Part shown: positions 14,427 to 25,898 of the stretch, piece by piece
Layout: the number at the start of each line of letters is the position of its first letter
Position numbering within the stretch: the first letter of the stretch is position 1
Source: Azolla caroliniana
Taxonomy: Eukaryota > Plantae > Polypodiophyta
NCBI GenBank assembly: GCA_043228905.1
Contig: JBHGNT010000011.1
Coordinates: 11,346,001 to 11,410,000, forward strand
Length of the DNA stretch: 64,000 bases
Direction of reading: 5' to 3'
Notes under the pieces: model-generated
Databases searched by the model: none
What the model was told of the DNA's origin: nothing
The model's input: the letters and a program-made list of their open reading frames with translations, nothing else
Made by a program: the position numbers and the translations under genes

Positions 14427-17400
14427 ATAGTACACAGAATATAGAGAGTACTCGAGATAGACAGAGAGAGCAGAACTATAATCTATTACAAAACAATAGT
14501 AGTTCTCTGTACATGAAACGTGCTCATCAACACTATTTATACAAGTCCTAAGAGGAATGACAGAAGTACCAGGTACTTCAATGCTCACTCGAGCGTCTGA
14601 CATTAACTACGAGACTATTAATTACCTAGTAGTCTAGGCTACTACTAGGCTTCCGGTTACTGTTTGATCCAGCTAACCGGCTCAATTGCTCACCGGCTCA
14701 CCGATCCGGCTTATCCTTCCGGATGCCGATCCGGCTCAGGCTTATTCAGCCGATCCGGATCCGGTTGAGCTTGCCGCTCAACACTCCCCCTCAAGCTCAA
14801 CTTGAGGTCGGATCGTAGTGTCAGTCTCTATGGCAGCCGTCCTTCCACCCGGCTCCTTCGGGCATCACTCCACCTCAATCGCGCTCCTCATTCGCTCCGG
14901 TCCCGTTTGCCGCGACCCTTATGCTTCTGCGCACCTCGACCTCCTTGGTCGGCTTGTCTGCTCAACAGGCCCAATTCAGCTCCCTCGCTGCTGTGACTTC
15001 GGCGCTTGCCGCTTCGCCGATTCCTTCGTGTTGGCGTCGACTTTCGCTGCCTTCTCGTCCTCTTGGCCTTGAAATGATCCGGTTCTTCCGAATCCGTATG
15101 TTGAACCGAATCGGCTGTCTCCGATTTGTTCCAGCTCTTGTCCGAATCGGTTGCTCCCGATTCGTCTTCCGGTTCCAGGCCCTTCACCACATTGGACCAT
15201 GTCCAGGTCTTGGCCTTTTTCTTCCAGTCGGCTCTGTCCATCTTGAGTCTGCCGCCACTGCCACTTGTTCCGACTTGTTCGGATGTGTCAACTTCCTTTG
15301 TCGACTCGGCTCCTTTCTTCTTCTTGTCTCTCCACTTGTCGATTCTTCCCTCACCGGCGCAATCAGCAGTCTCTTTGCCTTTGTCCGTTCCGGTGTCTTT
15401 GCATGTTCTCCCCCTCAAGTGTGGCACGTCGAGATGCTGATCACCAAGCATTTCGATGAAGTGCTGCAACTTGTCCAATCCGAGCGGTTTGGTGAAGATG
15501 TCGGCAACTTGCCGATCGTATGAACATACCGAAGTTCAACTTCACTGCTCAGGACCCGCTCAAGCATGAAGTGATAATGCACTTCTATGTGCTTTGTGCG
15601 AGAATGAAATATAGGGTTCTTGGCGAGCTGCATGCTGCTTATGTTGTTGCAGTAGATCAGGATCGGGGTCGGCACCTCGATCAGCAGGTCTTGCAGCAAT
15701 CGCCGAAGCCAAATGGCTTCACAGGTGGCAATGGTAGTGTCCCGGTATTCAGCCTCAGTGCTCAAAAGAGCCACTGTTGGCTGCTTTTTGCTGCTCCACG
15801 CAATATCCGTGCTACCAAGGGAAAACATGTAACCGGAAGTTGATCGGCGATCTGATACATCGTCGGCCCAGTCGGCATCCGTGTAACCGATTAGCTCTTC
15901 GGTTATACCTCGCCGGTATAACAGTCCCCGATCCTTCGTGCCGCTCACATATTGCAGTATTCGGTGCGTGCATTGAAGATGCTCTACGGTCGGCTTCTGC
16001 ATGAATTGGCTAATCGCACCGACCGGATAACTGATGTCAGGTCGGGTGATGGTCAGATATATAAGGTTTCAGACAATTTGTCAGAACCGTTTCTCATCGC
16101 AGGCCGGTCTGGAGTTGGGACAGAGCTTCTGGTTCCGGTCCAGGGGTGTGGAGACAGGTCGGCATTTTGTCATGCCGAACTTGTACAACATATTCAACAC
16201 ATAGTGTCTTTGTGAGAGCAATATGTCGTCGGGGGTTCGGATCACCTCGATCCCAAGGAAATAGTGAACGTCCCCCAGGTCCTTCATCTCAAATGCATCC
16301 GACAGTTGGGACTTGACTCGACTGATTTCATCGAGTCCGGGTCCGGTGATGACTAGATCATCAACATACAATAAGATGCAAACCGGACTGTTCGGACCTT
16401 GCCGGATGAACAACAAAGAATCGGACTTGGAGGCCGCAAACCCCATCTTACGCAACCGGTGCATGATCTTCGCACTCCAAGCTCGGGGGGCTTGCTTCAG
16501 GCCATAAAGTGACTTCTTCAGCCAACATACCGCCGACTTGTTCATCTCCGTCTGGAAACTGGGAGGTTGGGTCATAAAGAACTCTTCTTCAAGATCTCCT
16601 TGAAGAAATGCATTCTTCACATCCATCTGGTGAAGCTGCCACTCCCTTGCCGCAACAACCGCCAGCACCACACGAACCGTCGTCATCTTCGCTACTGGAG
16701 AAAAGGTCTCATCGTAGTCGATTCCGTGGGTCTACGCGTATCCCTTCGCCACTAACTGGGCCTTGTACCGGTTAACCGATCTGTCGGTATTGTACTTTAC
16801 TTTGTACACCCACTTTCATCCGATCGGTTTATAGCGTCGGGGAGGGTCAACTATGTCCCATGTGTCGTTGGCATCAAGTGCCTGCATCTCTTCCTCCATA
16901 GCGGCATGCCAATGTGTGTCCTTTGCCGCTTCTGCATAGCTCTCCGGCTCACGCACTTCCGCCACCCTGGTCATGTACGCATAATGATGCGCCATGTACT
17001 CATTGTACCCGTACCGCTTCACGGGGTTCTTCTGGCGAGAAGACCGGTGTAACTTATCGTTACTCGGTTTGGGGCCCTTCCTAGCCGGTGCGGTCTTTGT
17101 TGCTGAAGATCCGCCTTCTTCCATACCGGAGTCAGATTCGCTCCGATCCGACTCATCGTTGCCGATTTCATATTCCGACATCTTCTTCTTCCTCTTTTCT
17201 TTGCGCGTGAACTGTCTCCTCGGTTCCTTGCACGGGGAGAGCACGGCAGAGTCTCCACTACTCGTCGGTTCCTCATCCGACTGGTCATCCCGACTCAGTC
17301 GCTCATTCGGTCCACTTAGTCGGAATGAGGTTGGACTCTCTTCTAGATTGCCGAAGTCTTCATCTTCTGTCTGGACCGGTTCAGGCTCACTAGCCTCATC

Positions 17401-20400
17401 CTCTGGTATTGGGTCGGGGTCGGAAGTCGGAGCTGGTAAGGCATACCATGATGTTGTCTCATCGAACTCAACAGCGCGACTAACTCGGACCTGCTTCGTC
17501 CGGGGGTTATAATACTTATACCCCTTTTGCTCATGTGAGTAGTTGACGAGGATGCATTTCTCCGACTTTGCATCCAACTTCCTCCGCTTCTCATCCGGCA
17601 CATGCACATATGCAATGCTACCAAATATCCGAAGGTGTCGCAAATTTGGCTTGCACCCGAAATACAGCTCATGTGCGAACACCTTGTCACCGATCCAGTT
17701 TTGGATATAGATGGCCGTCCGGACAGCCTTCGCCTAGTAGAAATGGGGCATGCTCTTCTCTTCCAGCATTGCCCTTGCCGCGTCGATAAGTGACCGGTTC
17801 TTCCTTTCGGCTACACCGTTCTGTTCCGTTGTGTATCTGTAGCTGAACTCTCGCCGAATTCCTATTTGCTGCAGATAACTGTTGAATTGACCGGAAAAAT
17901 ATTCTTTTCCGCCATCCGACCGCAGGCACTTGATCTTTCTCTCTGATTCCCGCTCTACCATGCTTTGGAGGTTCCGGAAACAGTCAAAAACTTCGCTCTT
18001 CCGCTCAATGAGGTAGATCCATGTGTGCCAGCTGTAGTCGTCGATGAATGAGACGAAATATCGACTCCCGCCAAGACACGTTCTGTGCCGGTTCCCATAC
18101 ATCCGAATGAATAAGGTCGAGTTTGTTACAGGTACGGTGTCGTGAAGATTTTCTTCCACGAGCGGAAACCCGAGCAACGAGAGCCAAAGAGCGATGTGCA
18201 ACGTTGCACACGTACATAATGTATTTGTAATAATAATAGGGGTAAAGGGTATGGTGCTAGAAATGCCCCATAAGATCCCTAAGGTATAAAGGCGACGTGG
18301 TCTTGTGCGCACATCCACGCGAGAGAGAGAGAGAGAGAGATACTATGCGGTACATAGGTACCTAGTTGTTTGTGAGGAGGTGGGAGTAAAGGGGCCATCA
18401 ATCTCACCCTCCCCAAATCAGGGCAAATATCCCCTTTGAATGAAAGGGGATATTTTAGTCTCGTTTTTGTAAACGGTCTTCCCTCCTTGTGCTATAAAAG
18501 GAGAGGGAAGGCACCATTGTGAGGGTTGCCTATTTTGCGTGTGCGAGGTATACCACATAGGTCGAGTGTTAGGGTTAGGGTTAGGGTTTCGAGCAGTCGT
18601 TTGGTACGGCCTATGCGGCCACCATTTTGTAATCGTTCATTTCGTTTTAATACATCTTGTTGATCATCTTGTCTCCATCTTCCTCTTGTTCGATCTAATC
18701 TCGTGTTCATTCTTCTTCTTCTTGAGCAAAGCTTCCATTCCCTATCTGATTCCTTCTCCTCCACTCCTTAGTCCAAGACCCCCGTGGTCCCGCCCTTCTC
18801 CACGCACGCGCGTAGCAACGCGACAACGGTTTCGTTCGGTGGGGAATGGAAGCCGGTGTTGCTTCCCGAGTTGGCAGGCTTCACATACATGGGCCTTCCG
18901 GTCACTAAACTTCGGCAAACCGAAAACAACTTGTTTCATTTGCAAGTCTTGAAGCTGCCGGTAATTGATGTAGCCGATCCACTTGTGCCAGAGATCAATA
19001 TCCGATTCAATCTTCTGTCCTTTGGTGAACAATGCGGTGCCGACGTCATTGGTGTTGAGGATGAACATCCTCCTGTCTTTGCGCCCTTGCGCAATGATTT
19101 GACCCTCTTCCTCAATGAAGCACCCGAGGTGCGTAAACCGCACCTGCATCCCCTGGTCGACAATCTGTCCAACCGACACCAAGTTCTTCGTGATAGTCGG
19201 AAAAGTAATACATTCATCAGCTTCCTCCTCTGTCCGACGTGACTCAAAGGGACTTCTCCAATATGCACGATTGGGTGAGGAGTGTCGTCTCTGGTTTCGA
19301 CAACTCCCGATTGTTCCGGTTTCTCTAGGAAGGAGAACCACTCTTTGTGGCTTGTCATGTGATTCGACGCAACAGACTCAACATACCATACTTCCTCCGA
19401 TTTGGAAGTGGTTTTCTTCATCAAATTTTCCTCGTGCTTCATCACCAAGGTTTGCCCCCAGTCTTCTCAGTTCCGGATCCTTTTGATCCTTGTGCGTAGT
19501 GCGAGCTTTGCCGGTTCTCTCGACCTGTTTTGCCGGATCTAGATCTGTCCGAATCGGCGCGCTTCTTCCAGCACTCGCTTTCTCTATGGCCCTTTTTGCC
19601 ATAGTACCAGCATTCCGTAGCGGATTTACCTTGCCGGCCTCCGGCACCGCCTGGACTCCCCCTGCTTGTGGAAGTCCTGGAATTGTTGTCGGCACATTCT
19701 CTGTGCCTTCTTTCTTGCTCTTACCGGCCATGTCCAATGCACGCCAACCCACCTCGTCCCCAACGTCCATGGGGCCTATCCGCCTCCATGTACAACATCC
19801 GGCTGTCCGATTGAGTGGTCCTAGACCCACTTGCGTGGTTTTCTTTGACCATCAACATCGATTGCAAGTTGAATAAGGTCGGTGGTTTCTGCCGGGTGCA
19901 GATTGCTGTCTGGATTGGCCCGTACCTTTGTGCTAGACCACCAAGGCAGATTTGTACCATTTCATCTTTTTCCACTACCCAAGAGCGTCGCAAATCTCCT
20001 TTATTTTGGTGGTGTAGTCCGTAACCGACATATCTCTTTGTCGGATGTTGTTCAGCTCTTGCCAGAGCTGCAACTTACGGGCTGTGGTACTTGCGCAGAT
20101 TTTCCAAGGCCTCCTTCGGCATCTTCGCATCCCTGATGTAGCCAAGCATCTAGTCATGCACACAGGACGCGAGGCAGTATAATACTCGGCTCACCCCTTG
20201 CTCCCATACCAGGAAGTCCTTGTGTCCGGGCTCTGGTGCTACCTCATTCGTTCCTTCCATGAAACTCCAATACCCATGCCCCAGTAGGTACTGGTGCATT
20301 TTGTATGACTAGGATGCATAGTTGCTCCGGTTGAGCTTCTCTGTAGGAAGTGAACTCGCCATACCTCTGTCCATGTTTTTTTTTTCTTTGTCTACTGTTC

Positions 20401-20899
20401 TGTTCTCACAACCTATAGGGTTTGTCTTGCAAAAGCAAATGTCGACTGCAGAGGTCTTCAACCCTCGCGCTCTGATACCATGTTGAAACGTACGTGTGGA
20501 AGTGTAAGACAACAGCTTGGTTGCGTAGCAACACAGAGAGAGAGAGAGAGAATAGTACAGAAAATACAGAGAGTACTCGGGAGAGACAGAGAGAGTAGAA
20601 CTATAATCTATTACAAAACAATAGTAGTTCTTTGTACATGAAACGTGCTCATCAACACTATTTATACAAGTCCTAAGAAGACTGACAGAAGTACCGACTA
20701 CTTCAATGCTCACTCGAGCGTCTGACACTAACTACGAGACTATTAATTACCTAGTAGTCTAGGCTACTATTAAGCTTCCGGTTACTGTTTGATCCAGCTA
20801 ACCAGCTCCCCAACTCACCGGCTCAATTGCTCACCGGCTCGCCGATATGCCTCAGGCTTATTCAGCCGATCCGGATCCGGTTGAGCTTGCCGGTCAACA
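14310..20899 (-). mobile_element. Full-length but degenerate Ty1/Copia element K
   Basis: LTRs at 14310-14783 and 20481-20899. TSD GGCCT (14305-14309, 20900-20904). The Met-i PBS abuts the LTR (20469-20480). PPT at 14784-14795. gag, INT, RT and RH are broken by stops and frameshifts. Confidence 0.92.
18138..18825 (+). mobile_element. Solo LTR of the tRNA-Trp Gypsy family inserted in the Copia K integrase
   Basis: Termini TGTCGTGAAGA...CAACGCGACA. 4-bp TSD ACGG on both sides (18134-18137, 18826-18829). R/U5 resembles the LTRs of element D. Confidence 0.9.
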
Positions 20900-22300
20900 G
20901 GCCTTCAATTGATTCGGCTCCTCTGAATCAAGCATCACTTCCGAATCGGGTGACTCTGATTCATTCCAGCTCTTGTCCGTGTCTTGGTTTTCCGGGCTTT
21001 GCCTCCCCATTTTTCAGTTGGCTTCTGCTTGGGCTCTCCATTTTGGTGGCTCCCCTTACATCTGGTCTCGGCTTCTTCAATCGTCCCGTGCACTCTGACT
21101 TCTTTAGTCAGGCCAAAATCGAAATCGGTTTCCGACTTGGCTTTTCGGTTGTCTTGGTCATTCCTCCTTTCATCATTCCTCCCCCTCAAGTTCGGCATAT
21201 CGAGGTACTACACACCCAGTGCACTAGAAAATTGCTGCAACTTGTCTAAGTCGAGGGGTTTGCTAAAGATATCGGCCACCTGCCGATCCGTCGAAACATA
21301 CACCAGTTCCACTTCACCGGAGAGATTGCGCTTGCGGACAAAATGATAGTGCACCTCGATGTGCTTAGTCTAGGTGTGAAAGACAAGGTTCTTTGCCAAT
21401 TGGATGCTGCTGAGGTTGTCGCAATAGATCGTCTTCAAATTAAATACCTCCACTCGCAAATCCTTCAGGAGCCTCTTGAGCCATATGGCTTTGCATGTTG
21501 CGACAGCCGCTGCTCGGTACTCAGCCTCTGTGCTCGATAGTGCTACTGTCGGCTGCTTTTTATTGCTCCAGGTGACCGCGGTGCTTCCAAGTGAAAACGC
21601 ATATCCAGATGTAGATGTACGGTCGCCGACATTTCCAGCCCAATCGGCATCCGTGTAACTGACAAGCTGTCCGGCTACACTGGACCGATACAACAACCCC
21701 TTGTCCTTAGTGCTGCTAACGTATCTCAGGATTCGGTGCATGCATTGAACGTGCTCCACGGTCGGATGCGCCATAAATTGACTGATCAATTTGATCGGAT
21801 AGTTGAGGTCTGGCCGGGTGATGGTCAGATAGATAAGACTTCCGACTCTTTTTTCAGAACCTTTTCGGGTCACATGCCGTTCCAAAGTTGGGGCGAAGCT
21901 TCACATTCTGGTCCAGAGGAGTCGAGACGGATTTGCATTCCATCATAACAAATTTGAAGAGCATACTCAACATAGTGTGGTTTTGATTGTTCAGTATGCC
22001 TTCCAGGGTGCGGATCACTTTGATCCCGAGGAAGTAATGAAGGTCCCCAAGATCATTCATGTCAAACAATGCCGCAAGTTGGGATTTGACGTAGCCGATT
22101 TCGTCCAGGTCGGCACCGTCGATGACTAAATCATCAACATAAAGTAAAATACTAACCGGCCCGTTCTGACCTTGCCAGAACAAACCCCATCCGACGCAGT
22201 CTCTGTGTGATCTTCACATTCTAGGCGCGCGGGGCTTGGTTAAGTATGTAGAGGGACTTCTTCAATCGGCACATTGTCGATGTATTCATTCCGGATTGAA

Positions 22301-22514
22301 ATCCGAGGGGCTGAACCATAAACACTTGTTCCTCAAGATCACCTTGCATGAACACATTTTTCACATCCATTTGATGTAGATGCCACCCCTTCGCCATTGC
22401 CACTACAATCCGAGGGGCTGAACCATAAACACTTGTTCCTCAAGATCACCTTGCATGAACACGTTTTTCACATCTATTTGATGTAGATGCCACCCCTTCG
22501 CCATTGCCACTACA
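22301..22514. repeat. 107-bp tandem duplication inside Copia J RT
   Basis: ATCCGAGGGG...CACTACA is repeated at 22301 and 22408. The WHLHQ(M/I)DVKN peptide is duplicated. Confidence 0.9.
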
Positions 22515-25500
22515 AGCAAGGTATGGACAATCGTCATCTTTGCGACCGGCGCGAACGTCTCATCATAGTCGATGTCGATGCCGTGCTGCTTTGCGTAACC
22601 CTTGGCCACTAATCGGGCCTTGTATCGGTTGACAGAGCCATCGGTGTTGTATTTAACCTTATATATGTTGGGAATTCGGTCCCTCCGAATGAGAACCGGA
22701 GGAGCCGGATCGGACGAGCCGGATGAAGGAACCGGATTCGGAAGGGTTCCCGATGAGACCTGAAAACCAGATCAAGTGAATCCGGATGGATCCAGTGCAA
22801 ACCGAATCCAAGAACATACGTGTAAATATGTTTCATGGTGAGCCCATCGAGGCAATATTTGTAAATATCCCTAAACACATGTAAGTATAAATATGACTTA
22901 GGGCAATCACTTATAATGTTGTTGAATGTGTGTTGTTGTATACAAAGAGTGAGTGAGAGAGAGAGATACAGAACTAGTTTCTGTTGTAACCGTCGGCCTG
23001 CGAAGATACAGAGCTAGAGGTCATTGTCGTTGAGTCTCTGATTGTAACTTTCTCATATAGTGATAGTTTGGAGTCTCGTGGGCTCCCGTGGTTTTTCCCT
23101 ATTTAGGGTTTTCCATGTTAACATCATGTGTCATCTATATTTTAGTTTGTTCTCTTCAATTCCTTGTTGAAGACTCGGTTGTGGCCGAGCGTTATTTCCT
23201 CACAAATTGGTATCAAAGCGAACAAAGGAAATGGAAGAATCATTCGGCTGCATGTTCAAGCTCACCAACTCCAACTATCCAGTGTGGAAGTCGAAGATGA
23301 GGGACATGCTCGTGGTCAAAGATCTCTGGTTGGCGGTATAGTTCGGGGACAAGAAACTAGACAAGATCGATGCCACGACATGGGAGGTGATGTGCATGAA
23401 GACAACGACGTACATCTGGTGCTTCATCAACATGAGCCGTTATAACAACTTCAATGAAGAAAGTAAAGCTCATGTGCTCTGGGAGAAAATCGGCACCATG
23501 CTGGAGAGTAAAATTGCCGTAAATCGGGTTTTGGTATTCCGGAAGTTAGTGAGACTCTGGTACTAGGACGGATCCACCATGATGGAGCACATGAACGCAT
23601 TTCAGGGGCTCATAAACCAAACAACTTCGCTCAAAGTACCTCTAGCCGATGAGGTACTGGCATTGCTCCTGCTCGGTTCCCTCCCGGATAGTCGGGAGAC
23701 GCTAGTTGTCACTTTGGGCAACGCCAAGCTGGAAGGAAAGCAGTTGTCCCTAGCAAGGGTAAAATCAAGCTTGCTAGATGAAGAAGCTCACCGAAAGGAC
23801 CGGGAGTTCCGAAGCGATCTGAAACCCTTGGTCACGGAAGATGACCATAACCAAGGAGGAGGCTGGTATCGGAGTCCCACAAACCGAGACAAATTGGGAA
23901 CGAGGTCGAAGTCAAGGGGGAGGCCTACTTGCTTCTATTGTGGGAAGCTAGGGCACTTCCAGAAAAACTGTCAACATTTCCAGAAAGAGAAAGGAACCGA
24001 TAGTGCCAATTCGAAGAAGGGTTCAGATCGGAACGGTTCGGACGGAAAGGCTCCAATCAGAAAGGAACATCGGTGATCACGACAAGTGAAGAAGAACTGT
24101 TACTCACCACCAAGGAGAATGAGTTAAACCTTGTCGGTGACGAAACAATGTGGGTTGTCGATTCTGGAGCGTCATTCCACCTGACACCGGATCGGAGATG
24201 CTTCTCATCCTACACAACCGGAGATCACGATTGTGTCCGGATGGGGAATGAAGGGACTTGCCGAATCATCGACATAGGAGATGAGTTGTTGACAACATCA
24301 ACTGGATGCAAATTGTTGCTGAAAGAAGTCCTACACGTTTTAGAGGTACAATTGAACTTGATATCAATCGGTTGACTAGATGATGAAGGCTACATGGGTA
24401 GCATCCGGAACGGATTCATGAAATTCAGCAAAGGAAGCCTGATTGTGGTTCGACCCCAGAAGATCAACACGTTGTCGTGAAGAATTTCGGCCAGAGGCGG
24501 AAACCGGGAAACATTGGCTACATCGGCGGGGTGCAGCGTGTGTACGCACCCATGTACATTTAGTGTGAATATCGAGGGCGCCTTTATGGTGCCGAAGATT
24601 AGTCAAGTCGGGACAGACGATCCCATGTAAGTCGGGATTTATCCCACATTGTAACGCATCCCTCTCCTTGTTCTATAAAAGGAAGGGAACGCCCTTTGTG
24701 AAAGGGTTGCCCATTTTGCATTAGAGGGTATACCGTTAGGTTTAGGGTTATCATCATCATCATCTTCTTCTTCTCCCCCTTCGTGTTCGTTTAGGGTTTG
24801 CTTCAGCTCATCTCCTGCGCAAGACCTCGCTCGGCGCGACGAGCCCGTGAGCTCCTCGACCGGCGGCTTGGCAGCTGACGACTACTGTAACCTTCCTTGG
24901 TCTGGCTCGAAGCTGGGAATGTATTCTTCTGTTTATATATATATACATTGCGTCTGTCTGTGTATATTCACGTCTCCGTCTCTGTTGGTGTCGGGTGCTT
25001 CCCCTTTCCTGCGTTTCCTGTACATAAGGGCGTGAGTAGGGTCGGCATGTGTGTGTGTGTGCGTGTGTGTGCGTTGTCGTGAAGAAAACCGTCCATAAGC
25101 GGAATCGGCGCACCAAGGCGTGGGAACCGGTTCTTCACGCGCGCACGCTCCAAGTTGTACATAGGAGCGAATTAGGAGGATAATTGGGAGGAACGGGCCC
25201 TAACACGAGTGGAGACAAAGACCGCGCGAATAGTCTTTTCGGTCGCGCGCGTGAACTGTACGAGTCGGCGGCGTAACTACGCGGATGCGTGAAGAACGGA
25301 GCGGATCCCTGTTCAAAAGGGACAGGGAATAAAGCTGACACGACGGCCTGCTCGTCGGCCTATATAAGAGCAGGAAAGAGCTATTGCAGGCATCTCGCGC
25401 GGAGAGGACGAAGTGCTGTCGGACCGCTTCTGGACGCTTAGCTCTCTGCTTCCTTCCTTCTTGAGCTCCATAGCTTTCTGTGCAGGGTTCCGAGGAGGCT

Positions 25501-25858
25501 CGCGCTGTTTCGAGGAACGCCCGAGTGCTTCCGGCAGCACCTCCGACCGGCTACCCCCTTTGTGCGTCGAAGCGAACAGGCATCGGCATCTGTTCGCCGG
25601 CCTGCTCGGTTGTAACCAACCTGTGCCCCACCGAGGGTTGTAGTCGTGTTAGCCATTCTTAATACATATATTTAGTCATTCGCATCTGTCTGTGTCGGTG
25701 TTCGTTCGCGTTCTCCGTGCTAAAGGGCCGTGTCCCTGTGCATCCCCGGTCCTGCGTAGCCGGTTCTCTCTCTCTCTCCTCCCTTGCTTGCTCTTTGGTT
25801 CGAGACCCCCGCGGTCCCGCCTCGTTTCCACACGCACTTGCGTAATAACCAGACATCT

Positions 25859-25875
25859 TGGTGAACCCGACGTGA
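25859..25875 (+). promoter_or_regulatory. Primer binding site complementary to the plant cytosolic tRNA-Trp 3' end
   Basis: The reverse complement TCACGTCGGGTTCACCA matches the 3' end of plant tRNA-Trp(CCA) as recalled. The same PBS occurs at 32539, 37568 (1 mismatch) and 54303. Confidence 0.85.
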
Positions 25876-25898
25876 AAGAGGCGGCAGAAGAGCAGAAG

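Larger units (their letters stand above)
13635..22665 (-). mobile_element. Degenerate Ty1/Copia element J (3' LTR ~13635-14058, RH/RT remnants 21180-22665), the outermost element of the large nest
   Basis: LTR begins TGTAACAG. RT (YVDD in ORF 21854-22183) and RNase H (YTDADW...STEAEY) fragments are present. It is interrupted at 14310 by Copia K and at 22666 by Copia C. Confidence 0.8.

Noticed and set aside
18569-18588. Interstitial telomere or chromosome-healing site
   Set aside because: There are only about three units, and they recur at equivalent positions in several LTRs, so they are LTR-borne motifs.
25692-25898. N-terminal 69 aa of the 777-aa ORF in the track
   Set aside because: It starts at a GTG inside the LTR and runs across the PBS. 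F begins at the ATG equivalent to 25899.
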